Assembly (NCBI RefSeq): GCF_000143415.4 | Contig: NW_003314266.1 | Location: forward strand, 1,076,463 to 1,140,462 | DNA from: Selaginella moellendorffii | Lineage: Eukaryota; Plantae; Lycopodiophyta | DNA length: 64,000 bases | Direction of reading: 5' to 3' | Part shown: piece by piece, positions 24,774-39,300 of the stretch | Layout: every line of letters begins with the position of its first letter | Numbering within the stretch: position 1 is the stretch's first letter | The notes under the pieces: model-generated | What the model was told of the DNA's origin: nothing | Seen by the model: only the letters and a program-made list of their open reading frames with translations | The model's database searches: none | Program-made: the position numbers and the translations under genes

Positions 24774-27059
24774 TCAAGCGTTCAATCTTTGCATTTGGAC
24801 TCCAGTTTGCTCCGAGGAGGAAGAAGCCTTGGCAGCTCCGGGATTGTCATCGGCGCTGGCAGCAGTGGCAATCGCAGCAGCTTCCGCAAGATCTGGCGCC
24901 GCTAACACTGGCGGAGGAGGTGCTGGCGCCGCTTGCGCGCCGCCACTCTCCAAGTCCTGCTCCTCCTGATCACCACACCGATTCCCAAAGAACTTCCTCC
25001 CACTCCTTCTCGGCCGCTGCTGCTGCTGGAATTGGTGATTCCTCGCGTGATTGTGCAGTGGATTCAAGTTCTCCACCGGATAGTAATCCTCCCCGACTGC
25101 CCGGAGCATATGATAGACCTCGTACATGGAGGGCCTCTCCTTTGGGAAGGATAGAACACACGAGCACGCGATCTTGAGCACTTGCATCACCTCCCTCCGC
25201 CGCCCGGAGCTTCCGTTGCTGCTATCGCCATTCCCCGCCGCCAGCAGCACCGACGCCTCCGCCACCAGCGACGGATCCACCGCCTCGGAGACATGGCCGC
25301 TCTTGAAGAGCTCGCCAATCCAATCCACCAGGCTCCTCCTGGAGGAAGAAGACCGCGCGGCAACTCCACCCTCACTGTCACCTCCACCATCACCAGTGTC
25401 ACCGCCACCACCACCGCCGCCGCCACCGCCGACGCCAGCGTTACCATCGTTGGGCCGCCGCCCAGTCACGAGCTCCAGCAACACGACCCCAAACGCGTAG
25501 ACGTCCCCCTTTGGTGTCGCGGTCGTGGACGCGGCGCTCATGCTAGTCGCCCGCGACAGTGAATACGTCGTGGAGTAGTCCTCGGGCGGCACGTAAAAAC
25601 CATCCTCGTCACTGTTACTCTTACCGCCGGCGCCACCGGGCCTACCGCGCCCGGTAACTATCAGCCTGGCCAGGCCGAAGTCCGTGATTCGCGGCTCCAG
25701 GTCCTCGTCCAGTAGAATGCTGGCCGAGGTGATACCTTTGTGGACGAGTCGCGGGTTACAGCTGTGGTGAAGCCACGCAAGCCCGCGGGCGGTACCGACC
25801 GCCACCTTAAGCCGCGCGGCCCAGTCGAGCCGCCCCGAGGTGGAGCCGGAGGAGCTGTCGCCCGGAGTGGATGCCGCGGCGGTATGCAGCCGATTGAAGA
25901 GGTTACCGCACGGCATGTGTTTGTAGACTAAGAGGCGCTCGTTGCCCGCGATGCAGTAGCCGAGGAGGGGCACGAGGTTGCGGTGGCGGACCTTGGCCAG
26001 GGCCTCCATCTCCGATCGAAAGTGCTTCTCGCCCGCGCTGTGCATGGCGGCGCGGCGGAGCTTCTTCACCGCCAGGACGGAGCCGTCGCGCAGCGTCGCC
26101 TTGTAGAACACTCCAGTCCGGGACATGGCGATGACGGCGTCGCGGGAGAATCCGGCGGTAGCGGCGGCGATGTCCGAGAGCCGGATCTTGACGATGGGCT
26201 GCTCAAACATGGAGACGAGTACAGCGCTGGGCGACTTGATCCGCCGGAGCCACGCGTTATCCAGGAGCTCCTCCTCCAGCTCCGCGCCACTCTTGCGCCG
26301 CCGCCGCTGCCCACCCAGCACCACCCAGCAGCAGAGGAAGCACGCCGCCAGCAGCGCGAGCGTGCCGCCGGCGGCGACGCCGGCCACCACGGCGGTCCGG
26401 GCCCGTGCCGCGCGGTGCGCCGCCGCGGCGCCGGCGGCACCGCCCTTGCAATTGGCGCCCAGCGGCGCGCCGCACAGCGCCTCGTTGCCCGCGAAGGAGA
26501 GCTCCGTGAATGCGTGGAATGTGTATGGAATCGGCCCCGAGAGGCGATTGTCCGCGACATTGAAATCCCGGAGGCGAGGGAGGAGCCCAATCTGGCCCGG
26601 GATCCCGCCCTCGAGCCGATTCCTCTGGAGGCGCAGCTGATTGAGGTAGAGGCACTGCGAGAGATCCTGGGGGATGATCCCGGAGATGTTGTTCTGCGAG
26701 AGATCGAGCTTGACGAGGTAAGGCAGCATCTGGCAGAGATCGGCAGGGATTGGCCCCGTGAAGAAGTTGCTCGAGAGATCCAGGCCAGTGAGGCTGCTAC
26801 ACTTCCTGAGACCTCGCGGGAAGGATCCATGGAGTCCAGCGCCGGGGAGGGAGAGACTATAGACCTTGATCTCCGAGGGATGGAGGCACTGGACGCCCAG
26901 GAAGTTGCAAATGTTGGCAGCGCTGGTGTTGAAATCCCACGACTGGAGATACTCGCCCGCTGTGGTGACCGAGCTCTTGATCTCGCGCAGGCACTCCACA
27001 TCCTCCTGCGCCGCCACCGCCATCGCCAGGAGCGCTAGCACCGCTAGCCGCATTGCCAT
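24774..27059 (-). CDS. BIR: BIR-like LRR receptor-like pseudokinase (LRR-X), single exon
   Basis: Signal peptide, EDVECL cap, ~5 LRRs, TM helix, VSMFEQPIVKIRLSD juxtamembrane, kinase with HRD replaced by HKG and no Gly loop. Confidence 0.88.
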   Translation of the reverse strand: MAMRLAVLALLAMAVAAQEDVECLREIKSSVTTAGEYLQSWDFNTSAANICNFLGVQCLHPSEIKVYSLSLPGAGLHGSFPRGLRKCSSLTGLDLSSNFFTGPIPADLCQMLPYLVKLDLSQNNISGIIPQDLSQCLYLNQLRLQRNRLEGGIPGQIGLLPRLRDFNVADNRLSGPIPYTFHAFTELSFAGNEALCGAPLGANCKGGAAGAAAAHRAARARTAVVAGVAAGGTLALLAACFLCCWVVLGGQRRRRKSGAELEEELLDNAWLRRIKSPSAVLVSMFEQPIVKIRLSDIAAATAGFSRDAVIAMSRTGVFYKATLRDGSVLAVKKLRRAAMHSAGEKHFRSEMEALAKVRHRNLVPLLGYCIAGNERLLVYKHMPCGNLFNRLHTAAASTPGDSSSGSTSGRLDWAARLKVAVGTARGLAWLHHSCNPRLVHKGITSASILLDEDLEPRITDFGLARLIVTGRGRPGGAGGKSNSDEDGFYVPPEDYSTTYSLSRATSMSAASTTATPKGDVYAFGVVLLELVTGRRPNDGNAGVGGGGGGGGGGDTGDGGGDSEGGVAARSSSSRRSLVDWIGELFKSGHVSEAVDPSLVAEASVLLAAGNGDSSNGSSGRRREVMQVLKIACSCVLSFPKERPSMYEVYHMLRAVGEDYYPVENLNPLHNHARNHQFQQQQRPRRSGRKFFGNRCGDQEEQDLESGGAQAAPAPPPPVLAAPDLAEAAAIATAASADDNPGAAKASSSSEQTGVQMQRLNA

Positions 27060-27981
27060 CCCGCCGCCGCGAGCTACTGCATCAAAACGCACAACCCATG
27101 AGATCCTCTCCGCGACCCAGATGCTCGATCCCGACGCTGAACAGACCCAACAAGCCCGATTCCACGACCGGTGGCTCGATCGATCGACCCACAGTCCCAA
27201 TCACTCCAGCCGACCCATTAAAGAGGGGGAAGAACACACATACCCGTGGCGCGAGATGATCGCTCGCTCGCTCCTTCTTCGTTTGTCTCCCTGCCTGGCC
27301 TAGGCCGCCATCGCCCTCTCGCTCAGAGCTGCCCACACGCACTTGCCATTGCCATCACTGGGGAGAGAGAAGCGGGGATATTCCCCGCATTTTCGCCATA
27401 GCCAGAGCAAGCGCACGAGTTTACACACTGGATGCTTCTCTCCCTCCTCTCTCTCTCCTTTGCGCTCCACTCCTCGAGATCGAGACGATGTGGTGATTTA
27501 AACCCTACATTGTCTATCTAATCGAGGAAGACCACACTGGAAAATCAAAGAAAAAGAATGGATTTGATGATCTCTCTCTCTCTTTCTCGTCTTTCTCTGT
27601 GACACTGTTCCACTGTTCTTCCCTGGTGCTCGCTTCTTCACAGCGACCAGACCACTATAATGGCTTTGACAGGGAAGCAAGCAAAGAATATACACAAATC
27701 TTTCTCTTCTTTTCTATGATTTGATGAGAACAAGAGAGCTTTTTTAGGTGGTGGCTAGAGTTACAAATCCTAGGCACGTGATGTTCTTGATTCGATCAAA
27801 AACAAACCAAGCTCTGGCTATGGCGGAAGGAAGAAGCAAGAACACGGAAAGAGCCTCTGTAGTTTTTAGAAAGTTTGTATACCATTCATAGAAGAAGATT
27901 GAGATTGTCACAGGCGTTGTCACGGTATATTTACAGGTAAGTTTCGTTCTTCTTCTTCTTTGGTACTTGGCTTTGTTTCTT

Positions 27982-29752
27982 TCAATCGCGCTCGCTGTTG
28001 GTGTTTGTGTTGTTACAAGGTGGGCCGCGAATGCGTTTTTGGAGATGCTCCAAGCTCGCGACCCGTTGCATGGAAGGCGTGCGATTCATTTTGCTGCCAC
28101 CACCTCCGCTTCCGGAGTTTTCCTGCTGCGGGCTTTGATGATCTTGGTGGTGAGCGTGATCTTCCTCGTCGATGATTTGGAAAGCCGGAGACTTCTGCTG
28201 ATGCGGTCGGTTGCAGAAGTTCATCGATCCATTAGAGCCAGCTCTGGAGACGACGTTCTCAGCCATCTTCACCTGGATCATCTCAAAGCTGTGAGTAACG
28301 ACGAACCCAAGGAAGTAAAAATGGGAATTTGTAAACCTTTGCTCGCAGAGCTTCAACGTCGGACTTGAGCACCCGGTTGTCCACGGCAGCATCGCCAAAC
28401 TTCTTGTTGATGTCGTTGAGTTGCTTGAGCAGCGTCGAGTTCTCCACTCTCAGCTGAGCAACTTGCATCTCGAGATCGCTCATGTGAGCTTGCTTCCGTC
28501 GCCTCGACCTTCTCGCGGACTCCCTGTTGGATAGCATCCTACGCAACAACCAAAAGTGTGAAAAATACTACAAACGAACAACGAATGAAATACGATCGAA
28601 ATAGTTGAGGAAGCATTAGACAAATCCAGTCACACACAAGGCACACACAAAGGCACCAACAACACGCAAACAAGAACAATGAACAACAGGCATGAAGAGC
28701 AAGAGATTAAAAAAAAGCTTCCATACCGTCTCATGCGTTTCATGTCGCTGGGCTCTGTCGATTGCTCCACAGTGCTGTGGTCTGCGTCCCCTTCCTCGTC
28801 ATCGGAGTGCTCGCGGGAAGAACCACTGGTAGCTGATGGCTTGTCTTTGTACTCGGGCTTCGGAGGTAGAGCTGGAATCCCACCGGCGACCGTGGCGTTC
28901 TTGCTGCTCGAATCATTCGATCCTTTCCGGTTGCTGGCCTATACATCCCAAACAAAGATTAACTTCGGACTATCTCCAGCATACTTTCTGGCAAGCAAAG
29001 CTCATGGATAAGGACAACACAGGCGAAAGAAGTCACGTAAAGAAAAAACCAAAGCTCTGAAACAAATCCAAGGTTCTACCAATGAAGAACACACACAAAA
29101 GCTAAACAAACCATGAAAGCAAACAACGAAGAAAATCTAGAAAGAAAGATGGCTAACGAGGAAAAGCTCACTGACAACGAAGATGAAATGATCTCTAGCA
29201 ATGAAGATCACACACCAGGATCTCTAGCAATGAAGATTATACACCACGAAGATGAAAGGATCTCTAGCAACGAATATCACACACCACGAAGAAGGAACTA
29301 CAATTCCCCCAAGGAAGCTATAGGCATACCCGTGTGAGAGCGACGGCGGCACACGCGAGCTCCAGCCTCTTCTTGAGATAATCCTGATACGCCTCTGGAT
29401 CGAGCTGGCCGAATTTGCTCTCGCTGCTGGATAATCTCGAGAACAAGGGATCTAGCTGCCGATCCTCCACCTCTTCCACACCGCTCTCCTCTGTCACCGG
29501 CGCTAGCCTGCTCCCAATCCCAGCCCCTCCAGCAGCGCTGGCCTGCTGTGGCGCACCTGGAATGCTCGCAGATCTAGCTCCATCCCCTTCTTCCTGGATC
29601 GCATCGTCGTGCTCGCGAAGAAACTCCTGGAATGCCCATTCCGAGTCGCTGCGATTCATACCTCGCGCTTGCGCCGGAGGAGGAGGCGCCATCGCTGCTC
29701 CTCCCGCGATGGAGGATGATCGTCGTCTAGACTCCACAGGTAAAACCCTCAT
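27982..29752 (-). CDS. Group C bZIP transcription factor (bZIP63/Opaque2/CPRF2-like), multi-exon
   Basis: [62 protein letters not shown]. Confidence 0.93.
29178..29292 (+). repeat. Intronic minisatellite, three copies of GATCTCTAGCAATGAAGATCACACACCA
   Basis: Units at ~29190, 29219 and 29259 within bZIP intron 1. Confidence 0.85.
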
Positions 29753-29891
29753 CTCTTTGGGATTAAGTCAAACAAGAACAGCTCCTTATACAAACAAAAA
29801 GTAAAAGTGTTAAACGTGGCAAATGTGGAATTTGTATAATCGAAAGATCTACAGAATAGAAGAAAAAAATTTATCTTTTTCTTTGAGATTT

Positions 29892-32615
<2,724 letters not shown>

Positions 32616-33102
32616 GTCTTTCTCATCTCATCACGACTTTGATCGGTCAATCCAGACTGCTGGAGCCTTTCTACTCAGCAAGTAGCCTAGACTTTCTACT
32701 AAAACTAGTGAGCGAGGACATTCTCTTCCTCTCTCTTTCCTGAGGAACAGCGTTTCACGGGATTCGAAACCCAGACCGGTTCTATGCCGCGTCAAACACA
32801 CCTAATCGACGGCGCAGGGCCCGCCACGTGGGCAGATGCTCTCGCGCGTTCACTGGGCATGGACCCGCGTTCTAGAATTGTATCCTAGCTTTGGGACAGA
32901 GAAATTTACGTGATCTTTTCCTTTGATGAAATGGTCATTTAGCACACAAAAATCCTCCACGTAAAGATCTTTTGATCTTATCGATGGGCATTTAGCAAAG
33001 CTACACAAAAATTCCACATAAAGAATGCAAAGATATATCTATAGACAATGTCAATGTTGTATGGTTGAGGCTGTGTGTATGTGTGTGTGTGTGTGGGGTT
33101 CT

Positions 33103-35345
33103 TTAGAGGTCGATCTCGTCAATGCCCAGCATTCTTGGGCCCGGGATGGTTTTTCCAATGGCTTTGCCGCAGAGAATAACGTTTTGCGGGATCCATGTCT
33201 CAGTTCTCGTGGAGTTCTCAGGATTAAACACGCGGGCATAGCCTTCCTGGCCAAGGTACTGGCGTCTCAAGCACTGGGACCGGATGTTCCACATCCCTAC
33301 GTTGTCTACCGAGAAGAGAATCGCCGTCCAGCCTCTCGGGTACACCTACAAGTTGATCAAAGTTGATAGTCAGCGAACAAAATTTCGTTTCTTTTAGTGT
33401 TTTTGGGTGATCGACCAACCTGTGTTGTGGAGCGTGAAACAGCGTCGACCAAGTTGTACTTGGATCGGCTGCTGGGCGACCATGTTTCGTTGAATCCAAA
33501 CCTGGAAGAGCAACCACAATGGATAAGTGATCCAATCCAATCGAGGTCGATCCATACCCGACCACCCAGAAGCTCATCCCGTCCAAATGCCACGACTGGA
33601 TCTCGTTCTCCGGGTTGACGAATACGAGCTCCACAAAGCTCTTGTAATCCAGCTCGAGAACCGACGTCTCCATCACCGGCGAGCCCACGGCACTGGTTCG
33701 CATCGATCCCCGCGTGAAAACTCCGTCGATATTGTAGAAATCCGCGAGCTTGAGCGGGGTATCGGGTGTGAGATACGACTGCCCGTTGATCGCGAACCGC
33801 GCCTGGTTGTTTAGAGTCACGGAGGAGCTCGAGAGCTGGATCACTCTCGTGATGGGAATTTGGCCATAGTGGTAAGATCCTTGCGGGTTGGGCCGCGCGG
33901 CACCGGTGGTCAAATTCCACCTTAAAGAAGAAAAAGTGTCAGTGGGCTCGGGCAAGTTCTCGGTCATACCGCGCGGCACTGCTCGGTCTGGCAAGACTGT
34001 ACCGCGCGGTACTACTTACTTGATAGATAACGCCTGGTTTAGCGAAAAGTTGACGTCCAAGGGATCCGGGCCAGCCGGGATGGTTCCAGATGCTGCAGTG
34101 TTGGAATTTTGGTAGTGAAGAATCGCGACGCCGTTGAGTGAGCCGGAGCTGAATTTGGTGCTTGCGACAATGTAGTAGTCCGCGGGGCTCTGATCCATAG
34201 TGACGAGCACCGAGTAGGATTGCCCGAGATGGATGTCGAGCGAATCGACGCATGTCTTGGCGGTGTAGGAGCCCTCCGTTTCCACCACGCAGAGCTTGTG
34301 GGACTGGATCCGGACGTTGAGCGATTGGGCGGTTCCAACGTTTGAGATACGGAAGCGGTAGATCTTCCCTGCGAGATTGGAAGTGCCCAAGTTGATCGAT
34401 CGAGAAGTTTTTCGCAGGATCGAGTGGGAGTGATGCTTACCAGATTCGACAGTGAACTTCTCAAAGTTGGCATTGCTACCACCCGCAATGTATGGTGCCT
34501 TGCCATTCATAAGAACAACGTTTGGTCTTCCAATACCTTGGCTCTTATCCAGTCGTGATCGGCTCGACTGTTTAATCACACAAAGATTTGTCCACCAATC
34601 TTGATGTGAGATCGTTGCAACAAGAAAAAGAAAGAAAAAAAGAACGCACGCGTTCTTCCACTGACCCGATAGTCTCGAAGCTGCCAATCACCGGCCAAAA
34701 GCGTGAAATCGTCCGCGGGCGGTAGGAAAGGAACGGCAATCACTACGCGATTGGCGATCTGGATTCCACCATAGCCTCCCGCGGCCTTGTGGAAATTGAT
34801 GGAAGGATAGTAGAAGAAGGTCCCGATTTGATCCTTGACTTGGAAATTATACTGCCACGACTGGCCGGGCAAGATCGGGCAATTCGTTCCCGAGACGCCG
34901 TCTTGCCAGGATGATCGCCGCTGCTGGATCCCATTCCTGGATCATGGATCACGAGATTGGAAATGGATTGATGGAAACAAAACCGAAGTGATCATACCAG
35001 TGAAAGAGCAGGGGCTCGTCGAGGCGATTCGTCACGTTGATGTGGAGATTGTTGTTCGTGGTGGTCTTGATCGTGGGTCCTGGAAATTGGTTGTTGATCG
35101 CGATCACCTGGGAAGAACAATGTGAGATTTGAGACCCCAAAGAAACAGAGCATAGCAAATAGTGTGTGGTGTATGCGTGTGATGATTGATTGATTGATCG
35201 ATCTTACTCTTTGTGTGGTGTCCAGCAGTGGCAAATTCTGAAATGTGACTACCCAGTCGAGGAACTGATCTGGATCCGCTGCCTGTGCCGTCGATGCTAG
35301 TGCAAGAACTGCGAGAATCGCGAGGAATTTGGCGATGACGGCCAT
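33103..35345 (-). CDS. SKS: SKU5-similar (SKS) monocopper oxidase-like protein, multi-exon
   Basis: Signal peptide, INNQFPGP, SSWQDGVSGTNCPI, KDQIGTFFYYPS, WNLTTGAARPNPQGSYHYG, DNVGMWNIRS. Confidence 0.94.
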
Positions 35346-36061
35346 GTTTGTCGTCGTGAGGAACAGAGCGCTCTGTTTGAAGAAATGGCGGATCAAATTG
35401 CAGAATTCGAGCGCCTTTCCTATCAGAGCTGTTGAATTTCGCGGCCAAAGATCAAAGACGATGGTGACCGTGGAGTTCCTCTGGCGATTTATAGCTGAAT
35501 TTGCTGAGAGAAGGAGAATTTCAAAAGAAGATGAAGCTTCAAAGCAAGATCGTGCGACTCAAGTTCCGCAATGAGCTGCGTCCAGCGCACATGAACTGAT
35601 GGAGCGCCCAAAACAAAGTCGACGATTCAAGCCGAAGATTCTTGGCAGTAAAAACCGGAATTGATGATAAAAAACACCTCACAACTAGCACCAAAATTCA
35701 TGAAAATTCCGCGCTTAGCCGCAAAGCCAGTTGATCGATCAAGTTACCGATCGACCTAGCTTGCAATTCCGGTGCGAGCGCGTGAGGTTTACTTGCAGCT
35801 CCGCGCCCGCTGCTTTGCACAGCAATTCCACGCGTCCTCTAGAACACACGCAGCGGGCGTGCGTGGGGGCTAGCGGCCGTTGGATGCACTAATCCGCCGG
35901 CCACGAATACATAGCGTGGCGATATCGGCACTGTTGGATGTTAACGCGTTGGACGGACAGTAGGCAAAAGAATAAATAGCCATGGCCACTGTTGCGATTG
36001 TGTCTATATGTTGTTTCTTTCTCAAGATGTTGCGTAAAGTAACGTGCATTGGATGAATGGA

Positions 36062-36175
36062 TACGTGTGCCCTAAGTTTGAATTCAAATATTGGAATATT
36101 CGAAAGCCCTAGAACAGAGTTTACGTGTAATTATGAATTCAAACGTTGGAATATTCGCAAGCCCTAGAACAGAGT
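36062..36175 (+). repeat. Two-copy direct repeat in the SKS/ABCG divergent promoter
   Basis: TGAATTCAAA..TTGGAATATTCG.AAGCCCTAGAACAGAGT at 36079-36120 and 36134-36175, each preceded by TACGTGT. Confidence 0.85.
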
Positions 36176-36366
36176 GAATAGCGCGGGCCGGCCAAGAGGC
36201 TATGGGTGCCATTTGTATCGCCGCTTGGACTCTCTAATAAATCCACGCTCGGGCTTTGAGCTGTAGCGAGCAACGCGATGAGTTCGCGGACAAATCAACG
36301 CTGAAGCGTTTCTACAATCCATCGATCAATCAATCAATCGCTCTGGAGCTTTTGCCAAAAGGAAGA

Positions 36367-39300
36367 ATGGCGAGGCCAATCTGGTGGAAGGGCGATGAGG
36401 CGGTCACTCTGGATCAATCGCCCTCGCAGAGATCGTCCTACTATGGGGAGGAGGACGAGAACTACGATTTTAGCTTCCAGAGTAGCTTTCAGGCATCGCC
36501 CATGGCTAGAACGATCCATGCGGCCTCTTCGCCAATGGGCAATGCCGGCTTCAGTCCCTCGCAGCTGGGCAATGGTCCGGATCGCGTGTTCGTGGTTCCT
36601 GTCCGGGGATCCGAGACGCCAATCACCAGGTCCAAGATTCCTCCTCCTCCGCGCGGCCGGATGGGCAGCACCACGCCCGAAATCGAGCGCCGGCTTGCCA
36701 ATGCCGAGGCCGGCACCGTCCAGGGCGCTGCGCTGGAGATGTATCGGGTGCTCAAGAAGAATGGATTGGCCGCCCAGGCGGAGAAGGCGATCAAGCGGCT
36801 CAACAGTGGCATTAGCGGCGCGGCGGCGGAGGAATCCCTGCTGGGGATGGAATTCATCCTCAAGGATGGGATCGTGAGCTTCCTCAGGGAGCTCTCCAAG
36901 CTCGCGCCTCCAGTTCCTCAGCAGGTAAATCGATCGCTCGCGAAAATATTTTTAGGGTTCTTCATTTTCCCGTTGTCTACAGGTAGTGAGGTTTTCTGGC
37001 GTGCGCCTCAGCGTCTCGCAAGAACAGGCGCTAGGGTATGAGACATTCGGCGGCAAGCTGCTGGGATGCTTCTTGGGGCCGCTGCGCAATCTACTGCTGG
37101 ACAGGAAGACGATCAAGAGGAAGATCGAGGTGCTCAAGGATCTGGATGGATTTATCATGCCCGGCAGCACTACGCTGCTCTTGGGGCCTCCCGGGAGTGG
37201 GAAAAGCTCGTTGCTCAAGGTATTTCTTCAGCCGCATTCATGTGTTTGCTTGGGTAGAATGTTCTTCTTTGGCGTTTTTTTCCTGGAATCCGTGATGGCC
37301 GTATTCTCATGGTCTTGTTTCCTTCTTCGTTCAAGTTCTTAGATTGTTCCACCGCAAGGTTCTTCATTTGTCGTCTGGGATCTTTCTCTTTTAGTTTTTG
37401 TTTTTTGGTAATCAGCTTTCGACTTTTTCCAGGTGCTCGCCGGGCGATGTGAATCCAACAAAACCACTAAACTACAAGGAATAGTTTCTTACAATGACCG
37501 ACTAGCTTCCGAGGTCGTCCTTACTCGACTCATTGCTTATGTCAATGGACAAGTGAACAGGTATTAAAAGCTTGTAAATCTTCCAGCTCCAGGTACTAAC
37601 ATTGAGCGTTTCTTCAAGGCATCTGCCGTTTCTAACAGTTCGCGAGACGCTAGAGTTTGCTGGGGATTGCACGCAAGGGGTCCGACCAAAGAACTTCAGT
37701 CCCAGCATGCGGAGGTACTTTGCCCAAGCTCTAGTGCAAGGGCAGGATCCATACCTGGAGTATGTTCTTCATGTTCTGGGGCTCAAGGCCGTGGAAGATA
37801 AGCTCGTTGGAATCGGCCAAGACGGTCTAAGTGAAACAAACAGGCACAGACTTACAAGTGCTGAGCTAGCAATCGGGACTTACGCAGTAATGATCTATGA
37901 CCAGCCTTGCTACGAGCAGGACTCGCAGGCAACGTATGATCTCGTCTTCACCTTGCGTGCGATAAGCCGCATACAACGGTCTTCTGCGGTGATGTCGCTG
38001 GTTCAAGTATCTCCAGAAGTTTTCGAGCTTTTTGACCGGGTGATAGTCTTGGGAGATGGACAGATACTTTACCAGGGACCACGACAAGACGTCTTGGATT
38101 ACTTCTCTGTACTGGGGTATGTTCTATAGCTTGGCTTTCGAGTTTATCTTAACATGGGATTTTTTTCTCGCTATGCAGATTTTCGAAACCGTCTCATGTT
38201 GACACAGCTGCATTCTTGCAAGACATTGGAGCAGGAGAAGGCGGTCAATACGTAAAAGGAAACCGGCAACTATATGGGATTGAAGAGCTCGTCGAGGCTT
38301 ACAAATCCTCAGACTTGTACAAAGACATCGTCCGGATAGTGTCTAGTGACGATGTTGCGTTTACGTACTGGGTGGAGCATGAGCCTAGCATTGGTTTGTC
38401 AGTGCGTAAATCCTCAAACGGTGCAGGTAAAGTGTTTGGAAGTGTTTTATTTGTGTTTTAACCAGCCTTGTACATTCATTGCAGAGGTGGTAGTAAGTAG
38501 ACTATCCACTAAAGTCGACCAAGCTCAAGGAATTGAGAGTACTGGGCATATCCAAGAAGGTGACATTGTCACTGGAATTTCTCTGAGGAACGGAAGGATG
38601 CAGTATATTGCAGTAGGATCGAAGATAACCCGGAAGAGCTATGCTGATGATATATCCAAGGTTTTGGAAGGGGCTAGAGGACACGTCCGACTCCAAGTAG
38701 AGCGAAGAGCAACAGAGCAGGAAGTCGAGAGCTCACAACCAGCGTTTGTGCAAACCTGGTGGGAGTCGACAAAAACAGTCACCAAGCGTCAGCTACGATT
38801 TGCAACTCGTCTCAAGATACTTGTTATCTTGCGTCTCATTCAAGTTGGTATCGACTGTTCCTTTCTTCATTCATGCATGATAAGTTTTACAGGTTGTGAT
38901 CTTGGGGATTTTCGGGGGAGCTATATTCTATAGCTTCGGTGGATCTCTTGATCCGGGAGAGATGAACATTGTTCGAGCGATCGGCTTCGTTTCTACTTTC
39001 AGTATTATGCTTGTCAACGTTGTTCAACTTCCGGTGCACATGATTCAGCGGCCGGTTTTTTACAAGCACAGAGCGCAGCGGTTTTTCAGAGTTTCCTCGT
39101 ATTTAGCAGCTCAGAGCATCGTCAACCTTCCACAGTCTATTATGGAGGCAAGGCGCCCATTGCATTTTACTTGTGGATTCTGACCTGGGATTTGTTGTGG
39201 CAGGCCCTTCTGTACAGCATTCCAGTGTATTTTCTTGCAAGACTTTCACTGGAAGAAGCTGGACTTCATTACATTCAGTTCTTTTGGCTATTAGCGTTAG

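Noticed and set aside
25983-27038. Long alternative-frame ORFs (351 aa +, 311 aa -) over the LRR-RLK
   Set aside because: Shadow ORFs caused by very high GC codon usage; no recognisable motifs
29178-29292. Spaced ~28-bp repeats resembling a CRISPR array
   Set aside because: Spacers are only 1-12 bp, the context is a eukaryotic intron and there are no cas genes; it is a minisatellite
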